NCBI RefSeq assembly: GCF_032444005.1
Contig: NC_091282.1
Location: 35,898,001 to 35,962,000, forward strand
Reading direction: 5' to 3'
DNA: 64,000 nt
Source: Ranitomeya imitator
Taxonomy: Eukaryota
The notes under the pieces are model-generated. The model was not told the origin of the DNA. It made no database searches and was given only the letters and a program-made list of their open reading frames with translations. Positions 25,972 to 37,302 of this stretch are shown piece after piece. The translations under genes were made by a program, and so were the position numbers. Position 1 is the stretch's first letter; each line of letters begins with the position of its first letter.

Positions 25972-26261
25972 TAGTGATGAGCGAGTGTACTCGTTGCTCG
26001 GGTTTTCCGAAACACACTCGGGTAACCTCTGAGTATTTATGACTGCTCAGAGATTTAGTTTTCATCGGGGCAGCTGAATGATTAACAGCTACTAACCAGG
26101 TTGAGTACATGTGAGGGTTGCCTGGTTGCTAGGGAATCCCCACATATAACAAGCAGGCTAGTGGCTGAAAATCATTCAGCTGCCGCGATGAAAACAAAAT
26201 TTGCGAGCAGTCATAACTACTCGGAGGAAACGCGAGCAACGAGTACACTCGCTCATCACTA
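25972..26261. mobile_element. hAT MITE, 290 bp, 8-bp TSD GTGAAGAT
   Basis: 29-bp TIR TAGTGATGAGCGAGTGTACTCGTTGCTCG; TSD 25964-71 and 26262-69. Confidence 0.93.
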
Positions 26262-27129
26262 GTGAAGATTCATCAGCAGCAGGGAAGAAGAGCTGTCAAT
26301 CAGCCTAGGTGGGTGGAGACTGACCAGCAGCAGGGAGAAAAGACACTATGGAGCTTGTCAATCAGTCTAAGTGGGTGGAGATTCAGCAGCAGCAAGGAGA
26401 AAGGAGGCTAATTGGTCAGAAACTGATTGTAAACTTTCAAAAATAGGTAAATACTCGTTTTGGTCTGGATTTTCACAGTAAATACTCGGCTCATCAGGTT
26501 TATGAGATTTATTTACTAATGTATGCAGGTTGTATTGGGTAAATCAATAAATCCTTCACAAGTTGATTTGCAAAGCTTCTTCCCATGTAGCCCAAGAATC
26601 TACCCGACTCCATTGTGCTGCATATAATATCTAAGACTTATAGGGAACTTGTAATGTCCCCAAACGCTAATAACTGTCATGAGGGTGTCAAATCCCCCTG
26701 GGAGACCTGGAGTTAGAAGGTCACTACGGGTAATGAATCGCAGGTCCTAAACACTGATGGAAAGGAAATCCATTTAAAATAGGACTCAAATCACACCATC
26801 TATAAAGAGAGCCAGTGGGATTCCCCTTATTTTAAATGAATTTCCTTTCCATCAGTACTGAAAAGGTTAAGGACTCTTTCCTTGTTGGCTTGGAACATAC
26901 AGTGTTATTGCTCTCTTACTGTATATACTAGCTCTGGGCATTTCTTCCTTGCCAGTGAAAGAATCTTCTTCCTTTAAGTATTGAGCTGTGTTTTGTTGGA
27001 CTTGGGAGTAGTTGCTGGAGTGTTTTGTGTGCAGTAGTTTAATGACAGTTTTTGCCCTCGTCCTTATTCCTATTTAGTATGTTTGCTCCTCCTTTTCCCT
27101 ATCCTCCTCCCTATTTTTGTTGAGTGTTT

Positions 27130-27305
27130 AGTAGTGGCCGGAGCTGGAGCCGCCCCTCCCCCCAGCAGCGTAAGTGGAGGCGAACATGACCATGGGATGG
27201 AGGGAGGGGTTAGGGTTAATAGGGAGGAATAGTGGAAAGAGCGGGAGCTTATATAGTGGTGGAGGGGTGGGGCCAAGCAGTTCCCGCTCTCAAGGCATCG
27301 TGAGT
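27130..27305 (+). repeat. Ngaro repeat A1 (176 bp; A2 at 33620-33795)
   Basis: Near-identical AGTAGTGGCCGGAGCTGG...GGCATCGTGAGT in both copies. Confidence 0.95.
27250..27282 (+). promoter_or_regulatory. TATA box plus initiator in repeat A
   Basis: TATATA at 27250-55 and CAGTT at 27278-82 (A 29 nt downstream), 40 nt before the ORF1 ATG. Confidence 0.6.
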
Positions 27306-27320
27306 ACACTTTACCTGACA

Positions 27321-28952
27321 ATGGCTGCGGTGGACCAGATCCTGGAGAGCCTGAGGGCTGCGGCTGCCTCGCACCCTCCCGACTGGCTACAGCAGCAAGT
27401 GGCGGGCATCCTGGGGAGCGGCGGTCAGGCTGCGGCGGCTTCCCCGCTGCGGCGCTCGCGCCGCGCCAGGCCGCCGGACCGACTCTCACCCGACTCTGCA
27501 CCTCGGGCCCCCCGTAGGCGTAGGAGCCCCTCCAGGGACCCTCCAGGCCGGGCGCCAGCGGGTCGCGGTGCTAGGGGGCCCCGGCCTGGGAGGAATCCAT
27601 TGGCCACGAGGGGTCCATCTTCGGCTGCTAGGCCTCAGCCTCGCAGCACTGTGGGGGCGGAGCCTGTGCGAGCTGGGCAACGTGGGAGGACTTGTGCGAC
27701 GGGAGTGCAGGATGGGATGGCGTTTTCACCAGGACCGGTTGGTGGCTCCGCAACTTCGTCGGTGCAGTCATTTGGAGGGCGGCTGGCACCAGATCTGACA
27801 CCCTCATCGGCTGGAGCAGCACAGGGATCGCAACTGGATTCAAGCCAGGGGCCCAGCACGGCATCCCCCTATGATGGATCGTCTGCAGCGGGACAGAGTC
27901 GTCAGGATCCTCAGGATCCACGCCAGTGGTTCGGGGTCTGCAAGGCGATGGAGGGTCTGTTTTTGGGGCCGTGGGCCCGAGTGCAGGGGATACAGGGGGG
28001 GTAAGTGCGCTTTTGGAGAATGTGAGGGATTTATTTGACAAGATTGGAGAGGGGTATGAATGATCAGAGGCATTTGGCAGCATGGATAGGTGCTGGCGGT
28101 GTGGATATGGGAACGAGGGAGGTAGCGGTTAGCCCTGTGGCTCCGGTTTCAGTTTCAGTGCAGACGGAGAAGGAGAAAGAATGCCGTATTCACTTGGATG
28201 ATAGGGCGCATGGGGAGGTGTATGTCTGTTTTGAGGGCCCCTTGGGGGCGCACCTTAAAAAAGAGGTGAGAGAAAAAATTGTAAAAGATGAGTATGTGGA
28301 GATATTTTCGTTACTTCCCCTTGAAAAATTTAACCTGGATAAAGGGAAGAAAGAGGACAGTAAAAAGGAGGAGGAGGAGAAGCGCAGATGGCGTTTAATT
28401 CCTCAGACTTTTGTTAACTGGCTGCAAGCCTTTGCTATTTTGGCTAGTGTGATTGGGGAGAAGGCGCCGGAGAATTGTTCGGGCCTGTTCTGTTACATGG
28501 ATTCTATTGGGGAAGCTCATAGAGTGTATGGGGGGCAGGCTTGGTTGAGGTATGACGAACAATTTCGTCAGCGTAAAGCGATTCGGCCGACATTGCGGTG
28601 GGACCAAAAGGATATAGGGCTATGGCTGCGCGTGATGGCGCAGTATAAATTCGGTCATTCCTTTCAAGGGGGGGCCGGATCTTCTGGTCAAGGTAACCAG
28701 TCCACCAGTACAGGGGCGTCAAGCCAGTCCGGTCAGTCAGGGGGGCATAAGGCAGGTCTGTGTTGGCAGTACAACGACGGACAGTGTAAGTACGGGGTCA
28801 ATTGCAAATTCAAGCATTTGTGCTCCCATTGCAATGGATCCACACACGGGGCAACAAAATGCTTTAAAAAAGGCAAGTCAAAGACAGGGGCAGGGAATTC
28901 CTATGGGGGTGACGCCGGTGAGGCTGGAAAGAATGGCCCCTTATCTAAGTAG
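27321..28952 (+). pseudogene. Ngaro ORF1 (gag-like, C-terminal CCCH/CCHC zinc finger), broken by two compensating frameshifts
   Basis: MAAVDQILESLRAAA.. (27321-28004) and 28035-28952 are in the same frame; WLRYDEQFRQRK and CWQYNDGQCKYGVNCKFKHLCSHCNGSTHGATKC. Confidence 0.8.
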
Positions 28953-30839
28953 ATATCCTGAGAGGGAGGCGGCAGAGTTGTTATTCAGTGGTTTCCAGGT
29001 TGGTTTTGTTATCCCGGCTCCGTCATTTGAGGTGCCTCGGGTCCTTAAAGGGAACCTGTCACCTGAATTTGGCGGGACTGGTTTTGGGTCATATGGGCGG
29101 AGTTTTCGGGTGTTTGATTCACCCTTTCCTTACCCGCTGGCTGCATGCTGGCTGCAATATTGGATTGAAGTTCATTCTCTGTCCTCCATAGTACACGCCT
29201 GCACAAGGCAAGATTGCTTTGCGCAGGCGTGTACTATGGAGGACAGAGAATGAACTTCAATCCAATATTGCAGCCAGCATGCAGCCAGCGGGTAAGGAAA
29301 GGGTGAATCAAACACCCAAAAACTCCGCCCATATGACCCAAAACCAGTCCCGCCAAATTCAGGTGACAGAGTCCCTTTAAGAATTTACGTTCGGCTTTGG
29401 TTCATAAGGAGATTGTGTCGGAAATATTGAGTAAGGAGGTGGCGCTAGGGAGGATGTCGGGCCCGTTTTCGTCATCGCCGTTTAAGGATTTGGTAGTCTC
29501 CCCGCTGGGTGTGGTCCCTAAGAAGGAGGTGGGTAAGTTTCGGCTCATTCACCATCTTTCTTACCCGCGTGGACTATCGGTTAACGATGGTATCGCTCCT
29601 GAGCTTTGCTCGGTGGTGTATGCATCATTTGATGAAGCCATTGGGTGGGTGCGTAAGTTTGGGAAGGGGGCGCTGTTGGCAAAAACGGATATTGAGGCAG
29701 CATTACGGTTACTGCCTGTTCATCCGGATAGCGTAAGACTTCTTGGTTGTTTTTGGGAAGGGGGGTTTTTTGTGGATCGATGTTTGCCCATGGGTTGCTC
29801 GTTATCATGTGTATTGTTTGAAACTTTCAGTTCGTTTCTGGAATGGGCAATTAAGGACGTGTCAGATTGTGATTCGGTGATACACTATCTGGATGATTTC
29901 TTGTGTGTGGGCCCGGCTGGGTCTGATCGTTGCCATAGGCTTCTGAAGGCAGTGGAATGGGTGGCGGAGCGGTTTGGAGTACCGTTGGCTCCTGGTAAAA
30001 TGGAAGGCCCGTGCACGTGCTTGAGTTTTCTGGGCATTGTCATTGATACTGTGGAGTGGGAGTTTCGGCTGCCTGTTGAAAAGATTGAGGGGCTTCGCCA
30101 GGATTTGGTCAGAGCGCATCGGGTGAAAAAATTGTCATTGCGGGATCTGCAGTCATTGTTGGGAAAACTCAATTTTGCGTGCAGGGTGATGCCGATGGGG
30201 AGAGTTTTCTCCAGACGGCTGGCAAGTGCTACTGCGGGTGTTCGAGCCCCGCATCATTTTGTGCGGTTGTCAGCTGATTTAAAAGAGGATTTGGCGGTAT
30301 GGAGCACCTTTTTGGAAACTTACAATTGTCGTTCATTGGTGATGGAGGAGGTTGTGGACAATGACTCGTTGGATTTGTTCACGGACGCGGCTGGCAGCAG
30401 TGGTTTCGGAGCGTACTTTCGAGGGCAGTGGTGTGCGGCACCTTGGCTGGCGGAATGGTTCTCGGAAGGGTTGGTGCGTAATGTTGCGTTATTGGAAATT
30501 TTTCCTATTTTGGTGGCAGTGCATTTGTGGAAGCAGGAATTCCGTAACAGGCGCATTCGTTTCAACTGTGATAATATGGGGGTGGTATGTGCGGTTAATG
30601 GTCTCACTGCATCGTCACCTCCGGTGGTAAAAGTGTTGAGACAGCTGGTTCTTTGTTGTTTGGAGTTGAATTCTCAGGTTACGGCTACTCATGTGCCTGG
30701 GGTGTGTAATTCAATAGCTGATTCTCTTTCTCGTTTCCAGTTCGACCGTTTTCGGTCCTTGGCTCCAGAAGCGGAGAGCAGCGGTTTGGAATGCCCGGCG
30801 GAACTTTGGCTAGTGGTATCCGGGACGCAGAAAATCTGA
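28834..30839 (+). pseudogene. Ngaro pol (RT + RNase H) interrupted by a TTAA MITE
   Basis: VSPLGVVPKK, FRLIHHLSYP, LPMG, HYLDDFL, RNase H FTDAAG/LEIFP/CDN/ADSLSR; deleting MITE plus one TTAA restores VLKNLRSALVHKE (557 aa). Confidence 0.93.
29049..29376. mobile_element. Palindromic T2-family-type MITE, 328 bp, TTAA TSD
   Basis: TTAA|AGGGAACCTGTCACC...GGTGACAGAGTCCCT|TTAA; halves are near-perfect reverse complements. Confidence 0.93.
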
Positions 30840-32419
30840 TAAGATCGTCGTTGGCTCCCAAGACGTGGGAGGCTTATCAGGCAGCTTGGTTGTTATGGGA
30901 AAGAGAGTTGTCTTTTCACCATGGTGAGGGTGATCCTGATGGACAGGTGGGGGTCTTGTTGTCATGGTTGAGCCGGGGGTTTTCTGAAGGTTGGTCCTGG
31001 TCTAAAGCGTCGCGTTTGTTAGCTGCTTTAGCTTTTGGTTTCAAGCTAAGAGGACAGCGGGATTTATCAAAAGTGTTCCTGGTAAAACAGGCAGTTAAGG
31101 GTTTTCGCAGACAGTATAATCGTTTGGATTCTCGGCGTCCAATTTCTTTCGTGATGTTGGAGCGGTTAGGCGAGTGTTGTGAGTCGGAATTTGAACACTG
31201 TTTGTTCAGACTGGCGTTTTCTTTGGCCTTTTTCGGCGCCATGAGAATTGGAGAGTTAAGGTACCTTCACACATAACGATATTGTTAACGATATCGTTGC
31301 TATTTGTGACGTAGCAACGATATCGTTAATGAAATCGTTCTGTGTGACAGCGACCAACGATCAGGCCCCTGCTGGGAGATCGTTGGTCGCTGAACAAAGT
31401 CCAGAACTTTATTTCGTCGCTGGACTCCCTGGAGACATCGCTGGATCGGCGTGTGTGACACCGATCCAGCGATGTCTTCACTGGTAACCAGGGTAAACAT
31501 CGGGTAACTAAGCGCAGGGCCGCGCTTAGTAACCCGATGTTTACCCTGGTTACCATGCTAAAAGTAGAAAAAAACAAACACTAGATACTTACCTACCGCT
31601 GTCTGTCCTCCAGCGCTGCGCTCTGCACTCCTCCTGTACTGTCTGTGAGCCGGAAAGCAGAGCGGTGACGTCACCGCTCTGCTTTCCGGCTCACAGCCAG
31701 TACAGGAGAAGTGCAGAGAAGCAGAGCGCAGCGCTGGAGGACAGACAGCGGTAGGTAAGTATCTAGTGTTTGTTTTTTTTTACTTTTAGCATGGTATCCA
31801 GGGTAAACATCGGGTTACTAAGCGCGGCCCTGCGCTTAGTTACCCGATGTTTACCCTGGTTACCGGCATCGTTGGTCGCTGGAGAGCGGTCTGTGTGACA
31901 GCTCTCCAGCGACCAAACAGCGACGCTGCAGCGATCCGAATCGTTGTCGGTATCGCTGCAGCGTCGCTTAATGTGAAGGGGCCTTTAGTGTCTCCCAATA
32001 AGAGAGTAGTGGGGGGCATTTTGGCACGCGACGTAATTTTGTATGACAGGCGTGTGGAATTTTGGTTACGTCGATCTAAGACGGATCAGGCGGGTCGAGG
32101 TAAGAAGATTGTGCTCGGCTCAGTTAGTGGTTCAAGAATGCGCCCAGTTGATTGTTTGAGAGTTTTTTGGGGACGGGGTTCGTCCAGGGCGGGTTCGTTG
32201 CTCTGCCACGGGGACGGTTCCTCGCTGTCGCGATATCAGTTTCATATGGTCTTTAAAAGGGCGATTAGAGCCTTAGGTCTAGATGACTCTCGATTCGCTC
32301 CTCACTCGTTTCGGATTGGGGCAGCAACCGCTGCAGCGGAAGGGGGTCTGGATTCTGAGGTCATCAAGTGCATTGGTAGATGGAAGTCTAACAGATATCG
32401 CAGTTATGTTAGGAATTGA
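30791..32419 (+). pseudogene. Ngaro tyrosine recombinase interrupted by a Harbinger MITE
   Basis: AFFGAMRIGEL|VSPNK after MITE removal; RSKTDQ, HSFRIGAAT, GRWKS, RSY: full R-K-H-R-W-Y set; start codon uncertain. Confidence 0.92.
31259..31984. mobile_element. PIF/Harbinger MITE, 726 bp, TSD TTA
   Basis: AGGTACCTTCACAC...ATGTGAAGGGGCCT; TTA at 31256-58 and 31985-87. Confidence 0.9.
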
Positions 32420-32481
32420 TGGTAGGGTGTTGGGTGACATCAGGTTTGGTGTCTGGGTCGTTTTAGCGTTGGTTTAACTGC

Positions 32482-33102
32482 ATGTGTTTGTATTTTTCAG
32501 ATTCCCCCCCACTGCTTGTGTGGATTTTCGGCCATTCTTATGTCCATTGGGGAGCCCTGAGAGCTGACATGCGGTCGGAGGGTAGACAGCTGGGATTCGA
32601 TCGCTCGGTGGCGGTGGTTCGATGGATCGGATTTAGGGGCTTGGTCTGGAACAAGGTGCTGAAGGAAATCCACAAGGCAGTTATTTTGGATAAGTCACCT
32701 GATATTTTGGTGTTGCATGTGGGGGGTAATGATTTGGGGGCAAGACCCTTCAGAGAGTTAATCAGGGATATTAAGCAGGATTTGCTTCGGGTATGGCTTT
32801 TATACCCGGGTGTGGCAGTGGTTTGGTCCGAGATAGTGCCGCGTAAGCATTGGCGAAACATGAGATCTTTGGACAAGCTTAACAAAGCTAGAATTAAAGT
32901 AAACAGAGCGGTGTCTGCTTTTGTTGTACGGAATGGGGGAGTTGCCGTGCGGCATTTTGAATTGGAAAAAGGTGACGGGGCTTTTTGGTTGGCAGATGGT
33001 GTCCATCTGAATGCAGTCGGAATGGATTTCTGGGCACTGGGACTGCAAGAAGGTGTGGAGAAGGCCATAGCGTTTCGTTCTGGTGGGGTCTTGGGTCTTT
33101 GA
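32482..33102 (+). CDS. SGNH/GDSL hydrolase (esterase) ORF of the Ngaro element, uninterrupted
   Basis: Blocks WIFGHS (Ser), GFRG (Gly), HVGGND (Asn), DGVHL (Asp/His). Confidence 0.88.
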   Translation: MCLYFSDSPPLLVWIFGHSYVHWGALRADMRSEGRQLGFDRSVAVVRWIGFRGLVWNKVLKEIHKAVILDKSPDILVLHVGGNDLGARPFRELIRDIKQDLLRVWLLYPGVAVVWSEIVPRKHWRNMRSLDKLNKARIKVNRAVSAFVVRNGGVAVRHFELEKGDGAFWLADGVHLNAVGMDFWALGLQEGVEKAIAFRSGGVLGL

Positions 33103-33123
33103 GGTGTTCAAAGCCCCTCGTTG

Positions 33124-33619
33124 TGGTGGTTGGGGGGAGTCCTTGGAGTTGGTGGAAATTGGGTTGGGGGAGCCATTGGCTGATGGCTCCTCTGTATTTA
33201 GAGGTCAATTGGTTTTGGATCTGGTGACTGGGGTGGGGGTTCCGGCAGGGGTGGTCAGTTCCCCTGGAATATTAGCGTGAACAGTTAACCCTATGGGGTT
33301 CTTTGGTGCTCCCGAGCCAGTAGGGTAACGGCTGGGAGTAATTTTGGTTTGGATAAAGTCACGCTATGCTGTGTTGGTCACCAGATTCTTGGGAGCTCCA
33401 AGGACTCCTTCACAGTTTTAATGATTGGTGTTTTTTATATATTCAATGTTTGTTTTATGTTAAATAAATAAAAAGGCTGCTGTGGCCGATACTATTCCAA
33501 AGAATATGTTGTAAGTGTGTTATTGGTGGGCAATGGGGTTGGCAAACGGAGGTATGTACAAGTTAAGTAAGATGGGGTGTTTTCCCCGTTACCCCAATCG
33601 CTCGACATTACCAGGGTCA
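33124..33619 (+). repeat. Ngaro repeat B1 (496 bp; B2 at 33888-34383)
   Basis: Near-identical TGGTGG.TGGGGGGAGTCC...ACCAGGGTCA. Confidence 0.95.
33463..33472 (+). terminator. Overlapping AATAAA polyadenylation signals in repeat B (also ~34227)
   Basis: AATAAATAAA followed by a GT-rich stretch. Confidence 0.5.
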
Positions 33620-35889
33620 AGTAGTGGCCGGAGCTGGAGCCGCCCCTCCCCCCAGCGGCGTAAGTGGAGGCGAACATGACCATGGGATGGAGGGAGGGGT
33701 TAGGGTTAATAGGGAGTAATAGTGGAAAGAGCGGGAGCTTATATAGTGGTGGAGGGGTGGGGCCAAGCAGTTCCCGCTCTCCAGGCATCGTGAGTCCCGC
33801 CCGCCCGCCCTATTTGTTATGGTTAGTGGGGGTGGAATGTTATTTTATGGGGAATTTTGTACCGGGTAACAAGGGTCACTGTGGCTTTGGTGGCTGGGGG
33901 GAGTCCTTGGAGTTGGTGGAAATTGGGTTGGGGGAGCCATTGGCTGATGGCTCCTCTGTATTTAGAGGTCAATTGGTTTTGGATCTGGTGACTGGGGTGG
34001 GGGTTCCGGCAGGGGTGGTCAGTTCCCCTGGAATATTAGCGTGAACAGTTAACCCTATGGGGTTCTTTGGTGCTCCCGAGCCAGTAGGGTAACGGCTGGG
34101 AGTAATTTTGGTTTGGATAAAGTCACGCTATGCTGTGTTGGTCACCAGATTCTTGGGAGCTCCAAGGACTCCTTCACAGTTTTAATGATTGGTGTTTTTT
34201 ATATATTCAATGTTTGTTTTATGTTAAATAAATAAAAAGGCTGCTGTGGCCGATACTATTCCAAAGAATATGTTGTAAGTGTGTTATTGGTGGGCAATGG
34301 GGTTGGCAAACGGAGGTATGTACAAGTTAAGTAAGATGGGGTGTTTTCCCCGTTACCCCAATTGCTCGACATTACCAGGGTCATGTATGATAGTGGTTTT
34401 AGGTTACCCCTGTCTGTCTCCTTGTCTTGCTTCCCTTACATTTCTGTCCCATGTCTCATGGAGTGGGGAAGGGGACAGATCAGGGTTTAACAGGAGCATA
34501 GTAAGGTTAGAGACCCAGACCTCTCTACCATCAAGAGTACCCCTGGGACAGGGATAGTTAGTGTTCCTGTTCCAGCTACAGTTTTAGGCTTCTGTCCCTT
34601 GTTTGAGAAAGTCACATCATGATAATAACCTGCAGATATGGGGTTACTCTGGACATTATAAGTGTCACCATACATTTTGGGCTTGCAGACTCCTGAGGCA
34701 AAGACTCGCACAACAGCGAAGTAACATCACCACCATACAAAGCATCAGGGAAGCTTCACCTGGAAGATACAGTTTAGTCCTGGGCAATAGTTCATAGAAA
34801 GGAGTTGGAAGTGTAAGAAGAGCCACATAAAAGGATCGACACTTGGGACCAGGAGGGAACATTTTCCTTTTAGCACAGATCGGTTCTTGCATAATAGGAT
34901 TTTTTTAACCTCTTTCAGATCAATTCGAGGAAGTATAAATGTCAAATTTACTCTTTCCTTTCATCTCCCATCCCTTGGTTGAACTTGATGCTTTCTTCTT
35001 CATCCATTGTAACTACGTAGGTGTCGGAATGGATGCACATTTCAGCTGTGCAGTTCACCTATAATTACGTGGGCTGCTGAAATCCAGAGAATGAGATAAA
35101 AGCATTTTTAAGATTATTCATCGTATTTCATCCAGGTTCTTGCACTATTAATGCAGGAAAACAGTGAATTATCCAGCTGACAAAATATGAGAAACGTGGT
35201 CTTTCAGATGACTGTCTTTGAACGTTCCTCCTGAACTCAGGAACGGTATATATAGAAGTTGTGGGGCTTTGTCATTTAACTCTTTTACTCAGCATCGGAT
35301 AACACATTGTGCAAATGTCAGACATGGCCAAGCTTTGTCTAGGAAGCTCAGCTCTGCTATATACGATCATAGGTGCCCAGTTGGTCACGGGATGGAAAAT
35401 GGGGCTTATAATTGTTTTTCTGACCGTAGGGCAACACAGATCTTCAGCGACCCCGACTTGATTAAAGTTAGGAGTCAAATAGGTATAGAAAAGATACAGC
35501 TAGCTCTCCAAGGGCTGCGGATTGCATCGGAAAAGAGTGGAAAGGCCATGCTTGTTCATTATCACAGGTGGCAGGCTATATTCTGGACCATTGTGTAGCA
35601 GATTCCTGGAACAGAGCTGGTGTAGATCTCAATGGTATATTTTTTAAGACAAGAAAATCTCCTGTACTACTGTATAAGTTTCGGTGTACATTGAGAGTTA
35701 TTTAAGGAGTTTTTAGAGCAGAAACTGAAAGAAAACTTTCCAAACTCTCATCCAAATTTCAAAACTCCTCAAAAACTTCCCATTTCTGCTCTTAAAACTC
35801 AGCAAAAAGTATGAGGGTGTGTGCACCCAGAGCTTTTTGAGGAGTTTTGGTTGGCTCTGAAAAATCACTCAAGAAACTTGAAAGACTTA

Positions 35890-36817
35890 CCGTATATACT
35901 CGAGTATAAGCCGAGATTTTCAGCCCATTTTTTTTTAGGCTGAAAGTGCCCCTCTCTGCTTATAGTCGAGTAATTGTACCAGGGGGTCGGCGGGGGAGCG
36001 GTGGCTGTGACATACACCTGCTCCGGGCGCAGTCCCTGCACGTCCCTGGTTCTCCGGGCGCTGACAGCTTCTTTCAGCGTTGAGCGGTCACGTGGTATTG
36101 CTCATTACAGTAATGAATATGGACCCGACTCAACTCCCATAGGGGTGGAGCCGCATATTCATTACTGTAATGAGCGGTAACGTGACCGTTCAATGCTGGA
36201 AGAAGCTGTCAGTGCCCGGAGACCGGAGAAACAGGGACCTCGCCAGGAACAGGTGAGTATAATGGGGAGGGGGAGCAGTGCTCGATATTCACCTTCTCCT
36301 CGTTCCGGGCCCTGCTCCGTCTTCCGCGTCCTCTTCAGTGACGCTCAGGTCAGAGGGCGCGATGACGTGGTTAGTCCGCGCCCTCTGCCTGAGCGTCAGT
36401 GCAGAGGATGCGGAAGACACAGCGGCGCTGGAACGAGGACTGGTGAGTATTGCAAGTGCCGGGGGCCTGAGCGACAAGAGGTGAGTATGCCATCTCTTTG
36501 TTTAATCGCAGCAACAGCACCCTCTGCCCCCCGGTAGCTACTCTACTGGTATGGAGCATCTTATGGGGCCCATCATGAACTGTATGGAGCATTATATGGG
36601 GCTCCTGATTCAATATGGATATTCAAAAACACAACCTACTGATGTCTCCATTAATTTTCCTTTAATTGGTATCTATTTTTATTTTTGAAATTTACCAGTA
36701 GCTGCTGCATTTGCCACCCTAGGCTTATACTCGAGTCATTAAGTTTTCCCAATTCTTTTGTGGCAAAATTAGGGGGTCAGCTTATACTCTGGTCGCCTTA
36801 TACTCAAGTATATACGG
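35890..36817. mobile_element. Tc2/pogo-type non-autonomous element, TA TSD
   Basis: TIR CCGTATATACTCGAGTATAAG / CTTATACTCAAGTATATACGG, TA both sides; subterminal CTTATACTC repeats. Confidence 0.85.
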
Positions 36818-37302
36818 TATTTATTTCTGGAGTGAAATATAGTGGAGCTGGTGTATAAAGGTTTATAAAATCACAGAAAAAAAGCAGAGATGATTACCAG
36901 CTCAGGCCTCCAAACAAATGCAAAAGTCCTCTTTTTGGGTCGGTGAGCTGTTTTCATGTTTAGCATTAGGACTGGCAAGTGTGAGGACCCTTGACTGGGA
37001 TGCGAGCTTACATATTGTGGCCCCAATATTAACTAATACCTTACATATATTAATATTTTTTGCACTTTATCTTGCAGGGTGCAGTTGGACCCAGATGGCT
37101 CTGTAAACTGTGGCCTCTGTTCACACAGCATGCTTTTTGTAGCACTGGGCGGCCCGCCTGTATGTGCGTTAGTAATAGGCTGTAAGCCAGATGCTCTGCA
37201 TTGCCTGTGTGAATTACACCACATACACACTATTATCTTTTATCTTTTGTGCACTAATATACCAAGCAATCACTCACTCCATGGATTGGTAGGCTGAGAG
37301 TG

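Larger units (their letters stand above)
27130..34383 (+). mobile_element. Ngaro-type tyrosine-recombinase retrotransposon with split direct repeats
   Basis: A1(27130-27305)-gag-RT/RH-YR-hydrolase-B1(33124-33619)-A2(33620-33795)-spacer-B2(33888-34383); no TSD. Confidence 0.95.
26675..34624. mobile_element. Solo LTR (~700 bp) split by the Ngaro element, 5-bp TSD ATAAC
   Basis: TGTCATGA at 26675, TCATGATA at 34617-24, ATAAC at 26670-74 and 34625-29; halves 26675-27129 and 34384-34624 resemble ~49270-49766. Confidence 0.75.

Noticed and set aside
28001-28042. 42-nt in-frame intron joining the two ORF1 halves
   Set aside because: Too short for a vertebrate intron with a weak acceptor; compensating frameshifts explain it better.
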